Virus record (IMG/VR): IMGVR_UViG_3300030376_005300 | Location: 1-64,000 of that record | DNA length: 64,000 nt | Strand: one strand, 5' to 3' | From: a virus | Lineage: Duplodnaviria > Caudoviricetes | Position numbers and translations under genes: made by a program | In this document: positions 49,301-56,839 of the stretch, piece by piece | How the letters are laid out: each line of letters opens with the position of its first letter | Numbering within the stretch: position 1 is the first letter of the stretch | The notes under the pieces: model-generated | What the model saw: only the letters and a program-made list of their open reading frames with translations | Told to the model about the DNA's origin: nothing | Databases searched by the model: none

Positions 49301-52300
49301 GTAACCGATGTCCAGCCTCACTCCATCATCCTTGTCGCCGTCTGCTAAGCCTTGCAAATGCGTTCCGCTGTCTACTGCTTCTGTAGAAACACCATCTAAC
49401 AGCCCGAAGTCTTTTGCCACATTTGCTTCAAATAGACGACTGAGTGGTACTTTAGCGTCGGCCCGTACCTTGATGCGTATAGCCGTTGGACTCACTCCCC
49501 ATTCTCCTAATGTACGACCGTCAGGTGCGAACATATCAGTGCAGTCAAATGAAGTTGCGTCAATGTTGTCTTGCGTACTATCTTCCGTATTGATAGCGTG
49601 AGCCACTGCCGCCGCAATCACTTCATCAGTCAAAAGACTGGTAAAGTTGATTCTTGGACTCATAAACCAATCACCGTTACTGTGGCTGGAAGAGCCCCCT
49701 ATAACTCCAAAGAACTTGTGAGTGCCGCTGTAATTGTTATGCGTTCTGCTGGTATAGTAAAATGTCAACCCTTGGTGGTCACTACCGCCCGTGCCGTGCT
49801 TTGACAGTTGGAACATTCCGCTCTTTGGTAAACCAAGGTAGCCAAGGATGTCAGGGTGAGACTGCATCACGGCAGGTGCACTGGTGTCGTATGGTGCGTC
49901 CAGCGTCATCGTCATGGTGCCACTGGACAGTGATGTAGCGACTTTGACCCCAACGATTGGAGACGGGTAGGTGTTCCAAAGGTTTCCTTTGAACTTCTTG
50001 GCACTGCCTCCAGTCTTTTCGCCGCAAACTTCACCTGTTCCGACAATGTGCCGACCTATGGTGAATCCACCTTGACCTACATCTCGGTCGTCAAAGTGAA
50101 CGATGACCTCTTCGTCCAGTGTTGGAGGCAGATAGGTGTTTTCGCCTGAAAAGGACTTGCCAAATTGCTTGTACAGTAGGCGAATGGTGTGGTTGTTTCC
50201 TCGGTGGTCTTCAAATCTTAACCCGTACAATGGGCGATTGCCGATGTTCTCCGCTAACATGTCTGCTTTCGGAATGTATCCGTCATCGCTACTTTCTGTC
50301 GTTAAAGTCATGAGGTCAGCGGCATTGGACGCGTTGCCGTACCTCGTGGCGTTGGCCGTACCGTCGTTGGTGTAACCCCACTTACTCAAATCAGGCGACC
50401 AACCGGGTATGCCAGCCATGGTCATTCCGCCAAAGTTGATTCTTGACTTGGCTTTCGTACCCACTCTTAATCCATCAACGAGAACAGAAGCAGGGCTTTT
50501 GGTTTCAAACGACTCATTGAGAAGCGTATTGCTGATTCTTCCCGAAGCAAGTTCTCTGTTAGCGAAGGACATATTTCCGTTACTGTCAACCGTATCAGCG
50601 CCAAAGTTGATGTTGTTCGTGACTTCATCGTCTACATTTTCAGGCGGCAGATACTCCTTAAGTGTCGTGATAGGAGCAAATGGTCTACCGAATCTGTTGA
50701 TAGGCATAGGGGCAGGGTGCATGTTTTCACCACTGATTTCGTCAGGCTGACACCAGTAGTTTCGGAATCGCCCACCATGCCCGATAAGGTACTGTGGTCG
50801 GTATGGCATTTGCGCCCGACTGGCGTCAAGCCAAGCGCAGAAATTGCGACCGCTTGCTCCGGGGATTGTGGAATGTATAATGATTGAATATCCAGCACTG
50901 GTGCCCTCTACGACTCTACCTAAGTGAGCGCGAACATACCCCATGTGAGTGCCTCGGTCATGACTGGCAAAGGCTTTCTTCACTTCCCAAAACGGAGCAG
51001 GGTCATGAGTTGAGGCAGTGGCGGCAAAGTCAGCCTTTTGATGGACAGTTGCAGGGTCAAAGTTATCGTTCTTACCAAGAAACTGGTCATTAGGTCGCCG
51101 AGCATGGGTTTTGCCGTTCTTAGCACCTGCTTGGTTGATGAGGCGGACAACTTCTCTTGCCGCCGATTCAATGTTATCTACTCCTTCTCGGATGGCCACT
51201 TCTCCTAAATCAACAGTGAGGCGACGAACAAAGTCCATCTTTGTCCAATGGTCAAGATTCTTCATTCTCGCATCATCAAGAGCAAGAGTGCTATTGCGTA
51301 TACCTTTCATAGCCAAAAAGGCCGGAATGATACGAGTACCGTCGGGCGTGTCAAAGAAAGTAGAACGCTCTCGTGTAGATGCTTCAATCTCTTGATGCTT
51401 AATGAGAGCATCTCTGCCAATCGCTACAGCGTGATTTGTTCTCGTTGAATAACCATCAGTTGCAGTATTATCAACACCGCCAACATGGTGCTTACTTATT
51501 CCACCTGCCACGCTCTGATTGTGACTGGAACTGTGAGCGTAAGCCGATTCAATGAAATCGGATTTAACAGTAGTGTTGAGGTTTTTGTTTTGACTTAGGA
51601 AACCAGCGGCGACATCCAGCGGAGAGCCGCTATCAGTGCTGTTGTCTATGACTCCTGTTTTCAAACCGGATTGATTTCCAATCGTAGCGGCGGCAGGGCT
51701 GGATTGGACTTGCATGTGGATGTCTTGAAAAGCAATGAACTCACGGTCGTTTTCTACATCGTACAACAGCACTCGCACAAAGCCTTCGGTGCACTGGTAA
51801 GGGTCAAGATAAGCAACGACAGGTGGTGTTTCATCCAAACCAAGAGTGTCATAATTGACCTCAACTGTTTTGTTAATGTGCTGAACAAGATTCTGTGCCG
51901 TTTCAATACAACTGTCACCGATGAGAAAGTTTTCCATTGGAATACTGTCTCTTGGACTGGCGTTAAAACTACCAACTCCACCGTTGAAACCTTTCCATAC
52001 CTCCGCTTCGTTGAGCGTACCCCGACTTTTGCAGAACATCCCTTCAATTGCGTGAGGGTTGGTGTAGTGCATGTTCATCCACACCGTGTCACCTTGCCGT
52101 AGCCCTCCAACACAGAAGGGATGAGCCCACGCTCTGTTGAGGAATGTTTCTTTGACTTTCGGGAAGGTGCCGGAAGCAGTGGCGTGCAAGTCTTCAATGT
52201 AGACTTCATCGCCTACGGATGGAGTGAAGCCCGAATCTGAACTGGATATGGTGAGTGTGTTACTTGTTCGCCCGGTGTAAAAACCTCTGAATACCGTGCC

Positions 52301-55300
52301 ACTTGCATTTCGCCACGCCACCCTGAACTTGTAATCGCTATCAGGGCTGTCTTTTGGAAAGAGACTGGCATCGTCCAGTGTGATAGATGTGGCAGGACTA
52401 CCAGTTACTGAGACAACCTTGGCTCTTGGTCGTTTGGATTTGATTTTCGGCAAGTGAGGGTTGTTCCTTGGACCTGCGCGCAGTTCAATTGCACTGACAT
52501 ACTGCTTTAGTCCGTAATCTGTGTTGCCGCCTTGTGTCATAACATTTGAACGGTCAAAGTAGAATGAACGGCGATTTTCGTAACCTGCACTGATAAGACT
52601 TGGGTTGTCAGCGATACCGCTGTAGTTCATGTCTTGGTAGCCGGATGTTGGAAGAATGAATGCGCCGACTTTGAGGTCTCGGAAGAAATTTTCACTTGTG
52701 ATGAAATCATCACCGGCCGAGCCCGCAACTGTAAGGAAGTTGTTCGTGGTGTCTCGTGCGGAATAGATAATCCACTCTCCGCTGGCTAAAAATGCTCGCC
52801 GGTACCTTGCACTGCCACCAAGTCCTGCGACTGAAACAGGAGGCGCTGAGGGTATAGGGAATAGACTTGCATCTTCAACATAAATCTTATGACCGCTGGT
52901 AGTGTAAGGCTGAGTAACCTTTGTCCCGCTACGGTGAGTATCGTTTTGAATAGCATAAGAGAAAGGACCGAAAATCTCAGGGTCTTGTGGAGACACTGAC
53001 GATACTCTTCTACCAACAGGACTTGGAGCCCAAGAATGAGCGGTATGAGTAGCGTCAATGTGTATTTTCATAGCGTTGTCCGGGCCAACCAAATCGTTGA
53101 AAAATTGGTCATGGAATAATGGGATTTCAACAAGAGCGCGTGTGCTGGCATATTGCGTACCTAACTGATAGTCGTGCTGTACCGTGTCCAGTGTTTGGAA
53201 CAAGCGGTCGTTGATGGTCGTACCGTCGTTGCACATCGTTTCTTGACTGAACTTGTCGTCTACATGTAGAACTCTACCTGCCGTAATGCCAGTGGCAGTA
53301 ATCCAAGCCGCCAGTGAGTCTGCCTCGGTACCGTCTGCAAGTACAAACTTACCCGTACCCTCGTGACCAGTGCCGGATGCAAAAGTAAAGGTATCACCTG
53401 TTTTGCTGGTGTATTCAGCCTTAGCAAACTTGATGCTTTCACCTTCGTTGCTGACAACCTCAAGGTATACCGTACCGACCTTTGGAAAGCAGTATGTACC
53501 CCACGATTGCAAATCGGTTGCTCTATTGTTTAGCGGACTAACAACTACAGTGGTACTTGTCGTACTATCCACTCGTGTTTGGCAGTCGTGACGAGTATTC
53601 CAAGCCAAACGAGCAAGGGGACTCGGGTCATAAGTCTCTTTGGTGTTAATTGCACCTTGTCCGACGCCACCAAGCGTCATAGTGACAACAGGTGCACCGG
53701 GCATGATTTCTTTGACAATATGACTGTCAGGTGCGGCGGAACCCTTGATGTAGACACTGGACGAAGCGAGGTCGCTGGATATACCATGTGCCGTTAAGAC
53801 AGAGTTCCCATCGGTACCGTCTGCAAACGACAGCACTCTACCTTTAGCGACAAGGCTCTCAATTGATATGAAATTGGCTCTGTCCGAACTGTCAGACATT
53901 TTGCTGAGAATGTTCAAGCGGTTTCGGTCGCTTGGCTGAACGACAAGAGAGGTTATACCACTCACAGAAGTATGCTCAATGATGTCAAAGTACTCGTTGA
54001 CACAGGTACTTTGATTTGTCGTACCGAGCCCAAAGACCTGTGGCTGATTAAACAGTTCGTCATTGTCAACGACGGCGGCGGTAGTTCCTCCTCCCACTGT
54101 GACGCTGGTCGTCGTGACTGCTGTGATAGCACCGAGGTCCGTACCATCTGCTTTGTAGAGGCGGTCTCCTGCTTCAAAGAAAGTAGTGGCATCCGCTCCG
54201 TCCACTGTCATAGCACCAGTGGTACTGGCGGCATAGCCTGAACCATTGTTGACAAGTATTCCAGTTCTTGGCCTGTTACCGTTGAAGGCAAGTTGGGTTG
54301 TAGCACCCGCTAATTCTTCAACATCGGCCACCTCGCTCTTGTTACTCCTGACAAGTACTCTATGAAACACAGATTTGCGAGTGGACAGTTCGCTGGTTGC
54401 AAGAGCGATGGCTTGTGGAGTCGTAGAGGTCGGGTCAGTAGAAGTAAGTGGTAAGTAGTTTTCAGGACACAGGTCAAGGTTCAGCAACTTTTCTGCAACT
54501 AAGCCCTCTGCATTATCGCCTTCCAAATCACCATCGGATAAGCCGAGCATGCTCGGAGTTTCAAAGTCAATGACACCGCCGGGAGAAAAGACGGTGAGTG
54601 GGTTAATCGCCATAGAGTCGTGAATCAAATCAAGAATAGAGTAGGACCCTGTGAGAATTGTACTGACGCTGGGCAATGACTTTTCAACCAATAGTTTAGG
54701 AGACAAGTCTACTTTCTGTACAATGGCTCCAGTCGTGGCGGCGGTTGCAAACGCTGATGCAACAGCGGCAGAAAAGGTAAGCGTCTTGGCACTGTAGTTG
54801 ATGGTTGCGAACACTTGACTATTGGTCGTGGCAGAAGTGTTTCCAATGCGTATATCCATACCCAGTATCGTTTGCCCGTCATGACCGAACGACTTGATGC
54901 TTTGAAGTGTAAGCACTTTGTTACTACCACTGATATTTCCGGTCAAGCGACTTGTGGCACCGACTGAAAATTCAGTACCTTCGTAATCAAGGGCGTTGTA
55001 ATGAAGTTGTACAAACGGAGCATAGCCGTATGCTGAAAGTGCAGGTAGTGAAAGAGTGGCTATGCGACTTTCTGTGGAAGGAATAGCGTGACGAGTGTTG
55101 CTGGTCTCTTCATGAGAAGGTACTGATTTGAGAAGGAATGGCACAGGATTGAAGCCTTCTCCACCAATGGCCAATAACTCACGCTTGGAATCGGCAATGT
55201 CAGACATACCGTTCTCAACCAAAGAAGAGACTACACTGGATGATGTGACACTTTGCACTTTGATGGGTGAGTGTATATCATAACTGGAGATGATGCTGTT

Positions 55301-56839
55301 GATGGGTACAGTGGAGCGAATCTCGGAAAACTGCGAAGGGAACACTGCCGTAATGATGTCACTGCTCATGTCCAACTTTTTGTCAACGCTATGTTGACTG
55401 GTAGGAGGGAGCAGGCCCATAAACGAATGACTGGTGACATGGTTGAGCGCGTGGCGACCACAATGTCCAGCAAGTAAGTCGGAACCCATGTTGGTCGTGC
55501 TGGCAGAGAACTTGTTGTACTCGTGGCTGTCAACGGCCATACTCTGCGAAAAAACAACCCCGTGATTTTCATAATCACTCTCGTCAATGCAGACCTGCCC
55601 CTGTCGCTGAGAAAATTGCGTACCACTTCCATACGGTTGGAACTCATTTCCTTTACCTGTGTCAACGATACAATCACCTGTGATGATGACGAAGCGCCCT
55701 GCATCGTGAGCCATTAACGCTCCTCGGCGTCCAGTGGAAGCGTTGGCTTCAAAGTCAAGGTGAATGGACTCAACGACGATAGTGCCCGCACTTGCGTCAA
55801 CGGACATCAGTCTCATGCGTTCGGGTGCCTTGTTTGTCGGCTTACCTGTCGTTTGACTGAAACCCAGCGGATTGACAAGGATGTTATATGGCACTTTGGG
55901 AATCGTTGCTGTACTGGTAGACGACACAGCGTGTACCGTAACAGAGTATGCTCCGGCACTCCACGGGCTCGTTGTGAAGTCAGCCGAGGTCAAACCACTC
56001 TGTCCTGTCAATTCGTCAACAAGTGCTTGCGCCGCCGTTGCACCTATGTTGATAGTAGAACTGACACCAGTTGACGCTGATATGGACGGTGTAGTGGTGA
56101 TGAGGCTGATGGGTTCAATAGGTTCTTCAAATCGCCAAAGACCAAGCGTGTTGTCGCTTTTGACAGGAGCATACTGTTGGTAGCCTGATGGTAGTGCTCC
56201 TTTTGACCAGTGAATTGATTCAAGTGTACCTCGGAAGTCGCCACCTCTGCCGCCCAAGTAAATGTGATTTTGTTGAGTGACAAGTTCGTGAGGCTCTTCT
56301 AAAGTCTGAGAGACAGCCAAATCTCCGTTGACAAAGAGACTAATGACGCGTCGGTCAAACATGACTGTCACATTGAGTAGTTCACGATGGCCTGAGTTGA
56401 AGGCAGTGACATCGTCTTTACCTGCATCAGTCGCTAAGTAACTGTCGTGGACTTCATTGACTGCGGGGTACAACACGCCGTCCCAGTAGGCAACCCTTCC
56501 GTTGGCTTTGGTCACCGGTTTTGCTGTAGACAAAGAGTAGACTGCTTCTCTACCACTGGCAGGGTTTTGCAGACGCACTTCAAAGGTCGCAGGAGCAGGA
56601 CTGCTGGGACTGCCGACCGTCAAGCGCATGACATTCTCTTGCTCAAAAACAACACCGCCACAGTCGGGAATGAACCATGTCTCCAGCGTAAACGCATTGA
56701 GTGCCGCTGGCAACGCTTGCCTGCCTTCGTCTTGAATGCCGTGAATTTTTTTGCTGTTCACAGGAACGAGAACGCTATCACTGATACCGTTGAACTTGAG
56801 TCCAAATCCGGGTTCAGTTAGTAGACTCATATCAGACAC
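40370..56839 (-). CDS. giant (5,489 aa) virion protein with N-terminal LamG/ConA-like domain and an internal beta-propeller-like insert
   Basis: Uninterrupted 16.5-kb ORF; GLKFNG...FTLETW...LFVNG...GLWRFEE LamG signature; LSTxFD/DGTK repeats. Confidence 0.85.
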   Translation of the reverse strand: MSDMSLLTEPGFGLKFNGISDSVLVPVNSKKIHGIQDEGRQALPAALNAFTLETWFIPDCGGVVFEQENVMRLTVGSPSSPAPATFEVRLQNPASGREAVYSLSTAKPVTKANGRVAYWDGVLYPAVNEVHDSYLATDAGKDDVTAFNSGHRELLNVTVMFDRRVISLFVNGDLAVSQTLEEPHELVTQQNHIYLGGRGGDFRGTLESIHWSKGALPSGYQQYAPVKSDNTLGLWRFEEPIEPISLITTTPSISASTGVSSTINIGATAAQALVDELTGQSGLTSADFTTSPWSAGAYSVTVHAVSSTSTATIPKVPYNILVNPLGFSQTTGKPTNKAPERMRLMSVDASAGTIVVESIHLDFEANASTGRRGALMAHDAGRFVIITGDCIVDTGKGNEFQPYGSGTQFSQRQGQVCIDESDYENHGVVFSQSMAVDSHEYNKFSASTTNMGSDLLAGHCGRHALNHVTSHSFMGLLPPTSQHSVDKKLDMSSDIITAVFPSQFSEIRSTVPINSIISSYDIHSPIKVQSVTSSSVVSSLVENGMSDIADSKRELLAIGGEGFNPVPFLLKSVPSHEETSNTRHAIPSTESRIATLSLPALSAYGYAPFVQLHYNALDYEGTEFSVGATSRLTGNISGSNKVLTLQSIKSFGHDGQTILGMDIRIGNTSATTNSQVFATINYSAKTLTFSAAVASAFATAATTGAIVQKVDLSPKLLVEKSLPSVSTILTGSYSILDLIHDSMAINPLTVFSPGGVIDFETPSMLGLSDGDLEGDNAEGLVAEKLLNLDLCPENYLPLTSTDPTSTTPQAIALATSELSTRKSVFHRVLVRSNKSEVADVEELAGATTQLAFNGNRPRTGILVNNGSGYAASTTGAMTVDGADATTFFEAGDRLYKADGTDLGAITAVTTTSVTVGGGTTAAVVDNDELFNQPQVFGLGTTNQSTCVNEYFDIIEHTSVSGITSLVVQPSDRNRLNILSKMSDSSDRANFISIESLVAKGRVLSFADGTDGNSVLTAHGISSDLASSSVYIKGSAAPDSHIVKEIMPGAPVVTMTLGGVGQGAINTKETYDPSPLARLAWNTRHDCQTRVDSTTSTTVVVSPLNNRATDLQSWGTYCFPKVGTVYLEVVSNEGESIKFAKAEYTSKTGDTFTFASGTGHEGTGKFVLADGTEADSLAAWITATGITAGRVLHVDDKFSQETMCNDGTTINDRLFQTLDTVQHDYQLGTQYASTRALVEIPLFHDQFFNDLVGPDNAMKIHIDATHTAHSWAPSPVGRRVSSVSPQDPEIFGPFSYAIQNDTHRSGTKVTQPYTTSGHKIYVEDASLFPIPSAPPVSVAGLGGSARYRRAFLASGEWIIYSARDTTNNFLTVAGSAGDDFITSENFFRDLKVGAFILPTSGYQDMNYSGIADNPSLISAGYENRRSFYFDRSNVMTQGGNTDYGLKQYVSAIELRAGPRNNPHLPKIKSKRPRAKVVSVTGSPATSITLDDASLFPKDSPDSDYKFRVAWRNASGTVFRGFYTGRTSNTLTISSSDSGFTPSVGDEVYIEDLHATASGTFPKVKETFLNRAWAHPFCVGGLRQGDTVWMNMHYTNPHAIEGMFCKSRGTLNEAEVWKGFNGGVGSFNASPRDSIPMENFLIGDSCIETAQNLVQHINKTVEVNYDTLGLDETPPVVAYLDPYQCTEGFVRVLLYDVENDREFIAFQDIHMQVQSSPAAATIGNQSGLKTGVIDNSTDSGSPLDVAAGFLSQNKNLNTTVKSDFIESAYAHSSSHNQSVAGGISKHHVGGVDNTATDGYSTRTNHAVAIGRDALIKHQEIEASTRERSTFFDTPDGTRIIPAFLAMKGIRNSTLALDDARMKNLDHWTKMDFVRRLTVDLGEVAIREGVDNIESAAREVVRLINQAGAKNGKTHARRPNDQFLGKNDNFDPATVHQKADFAATASTHDPAPFWEVKKAFASHDRGTHMGYVRAHLGRVVEGTSAGYSIIIHSTIPGASGRNFCAWLDASRAQMPYRPQYLIGHGGRFRNYWCQPDEISGENMHPAPMPINRFGRPFAPITTLKEYLPPENVDDEVTNNINFGADTVDSNGNMSFANRELASGRISNTLLNESFETKSPASVLVDGLRVGTKAKSRINFGGMTMAGIPGWSPDLSKWGYTNDGTANATRYGNASNAADLMTLTTESSDDGYIPKADMLAENIGNRPLYGLRFEDHRGNNHTIRLLYKQFGKSFSGENTYLPPTLDEEVIVHFDDRDVGQGGFTIGRHIVGTGEVCGEKTGGSAKKFKGNLWNTYPSPIVGVKVATSLSSGTMTMTLDAPYDTSAPAVMQSHPDILGYLGLPKSGMFQLSKHGTGGSDHQGLTFYYTSRTHNNYSGTHKFFGVIGGSSSHSNGDWFMSPRINFTSLLTDEVIAAAVAHAINTEDSTQDNIDATSFDCTDMFAPDGRTLGEWGVSPTAIRIKVRADAKVPLSRLFEANVAKDFGLLDGVSTEAVDSGTHLQGLADGDKDDGVRLDIGYIPKTVLHISTKYRGTNANTATPVLVDSQNNTVDIIDWQKNLRGENFTDIAGDHIIPRVDSPCVEVHSFSDPDISVATNESWALLGKPASDTANSWGEPFIVWHSSNAWARVRSKAGVADPEEVVTIESKSTNPVAFPNPAGGDILWKRNSTYRDFSQIDGVRIAGSKNSSPFLYFRGGRDSPDHYVPLYFGGGFSGVVTDINDGTQNDYSDFYTHPYANGPTGSAGFQNVGEIAGSFALLDTNAMMAMFPGTVYLDQHKGQNHPPFFNQDAILPFDMTKGANSKVTGLDYTDGSNSVHANVPSPVILRFAHAHARYRHDGSTGDATTYMIFGPGQAFPHNTATTEPQGANIVTAGNGYSAVPIYLGGNTAKDSFLPNQLANGDTTEHSGFNRGGALAYLPMTTFFQKNNVQGFNYVMNWQPTKGFPNVNASSSRTYSQTKSMAFFYEGTAGAITGLPKNYHPFSHVFDDISGNAVGSGSHATTRKSSVVWHMDGGYHPGGHFLDDHVRKNPKNHAASAFLSTGSGAKHNTSAFRPAGLLAKAYLTYYGGSPDNQILDDNVVVVDATRCQNAEELGAVLSGAINTFPGKDPLKAIGGTFMPSMQNAHKQDRYGWVELEVNQYTAENSGTPASLRVTSTATTLPDYGWLRVSDGANAGFAPYISQSISAPNTTFTLAKNAITSNTNIVNPQTRSAITPDTSFKAYVWAKAGTHRFNNAASGTGRDHMTQVHFGGFQDAVDRTKPVGAVGWHGEAYSYLNSYEATNDIGANLHPAGLGAWHPFLGFNPYGAAETCVGGSSPASKLTGESAVVSFYEDYCVDGLASRHLVAITHESELPLIAKADKNGVSGMGDWLHVGQTGNIEHAGTVAWDTGKVHNKDRYVGTATAGPHVEAQVHTGFSLPTTSSDYPAVGSAPTDAQLHRTIQSGDMVRANACNYPTGDLFWDESVVKNSAFHEDRGTYGVECIGISDQYDYLDIAATPYKGLYNYYNERSAARNFLPEHVVWKRMDGGSVTMPAVNARGLGMIPWTKRKDNSEYKLVGEKILGNNRFSFETTNAAMFPIIQAQELAHPQLAEQHPLEIRNALLIPNEHIQFQSVSVIDDTGQEHRLEGGSPLGTVIMDFRHISDRDIEGLAPALAGAGVNPNLKIRLPNPDEIPGNIVVRSGFDRLQAYQNETVGSGGLQHPAQASAQLQSMFGNLQPGPRLFPTWENNGWEHLSQDASDISSDTSHSRLKFPASTSEGWADHTDNAPLDSAYEPHDRSLFFHVTRMGVSMTHRYDVDELNYTSYSGTEITVGSTPEAATWTDSNEQSGGRYFLRVYDPATDKGVIASYTGIGTNKFTGVVYSPDFVSFVTGKTGLKVVPSYYMPAGSTRLFAARRLRDHAEYSGASPDMKSIDWFTLYSNLPANTGAMAATSTAYTNLTKPKMTPMPIPRMGHHHVNATMALMPGHYAHPAYQRLYDLNTACQSSNHKSVDTGLIGPLEGTRTSTTSTLQNNGYGRGPLIWFSTPSAPFGPSDIHGGGFTLLTETKVKYEGYGIAASAGSNAGTINSQGGHTLVLEAANTYTLNNHFPDPLEVGAYQIIIQPNVFKQQLQGFHLNHSTENKAPSEGGTKVTELTGQQVNTVIAIEKDMSTRGAYALILAEAMMADVRGCEVILNEVILDIEPDAGSQFTNLAPLALYNPLGVQESTSPSLTRRSLPYRPGMFESSTPGRTLTIPWWGILHKDGATSSSADKFKHLEWHKPDNYYQLCRANYGSVGAQLTLAGYPTSFLDIYEPHKRVRSLNPNCIVISDNDSNTIVVDDNALFPVQPYYGENLVYFKNGIRYTATYTNRTGTLAHATLGESDTFSGVSGTAEFWANLGAGTILRLTTPYDNDDADSLFLSSESSAMTRNLPQLANGSRDTNSLQAADAFLCMWHPNLGRPFTWYSDDNSRGFYANTGVADAPVNQKPYNHVPEHFETVHYHDFNYVASKGPFALGMEWIAPAVDNSYTLSELSSNAVTSAGTDPLVELMISPTKMILTTEPGSGEKLKAYTFDQNSLPDFTATPDELSVNNQSPRGNCFGDGGNSVYIVGQASPYLQRKTLSTPFDITSVSATTTLNIVSFGATQGIAFNDDGSVMYIVTSAGADVKVSTLSTNYDITSSISTSTVSLAVSDDDGDTIEQMTCIRFKPGGTKVFISYYAGSSPKLAEFALSTPFDMTTKSFVSSVNIGTVLGQRIDGGSTVNASIAGFDWNSDGTKLYACSIHTDKDINQVRVAEYVAEASDTGKVYTAAEIDALLDGAGTLSHQGGTLGSNKYNFFGFWGGGSHGGGAVSRLESYGHSLIGWGSDTFGMDCETYQDSTGVATLSLPNDRNRCFGYRMGVRQLYNRPRWSPYVRGWLEVANSNAMLGYYHGPLIQHDSKTNGWDYVGSDSGESDEDIVAMNIGILERITQVSSLLGQDQIGRQVRYSDGRRMTGPFGCPVRTLRNASTTTRMYPNDEAGQGVEELAKAHRHYMVDWWGNTRGEDVRRFPVRGFGLRPSWDPEDAYADTNVTHRPAAHDLFGGDGTDRYSGNTNSDNNNASNMSKVDWFNPASALRVGDRGDGRGVRWPTVFNESLLMAVSEKHDATGLVLSHSTAEPILGQGLVRPSNLALQDGEVERGISDRVDLNADDGLLKSSAHVGEATETVNADDRGAEPVSRNDVRIGLDVDTLAELNDGVSREYVVMSTEAHSLHTDKEVGQRTNIRGAYDVGSRTLKDLDMTALNWSDKPVTGVVKHSNAHAMWALGGTYIMEWSKHAGVLDVKGWGKAGASSSSNPYQDANHDPALENINYADSTIQFVYRPAHGLDHKHSQMFRAFLNTGGPQTGSNFYRATSGGKYGMFTSDVPSARTGTPSSPPYAPVYSVVPTSSTTVPDSQGPKIQGVEVSGYDKADVRSPVARMVMSENTLEHFRSDASRRSTDDEEGDYEVQPRFSQTLHPKGSKGDASYNTGDHSGE

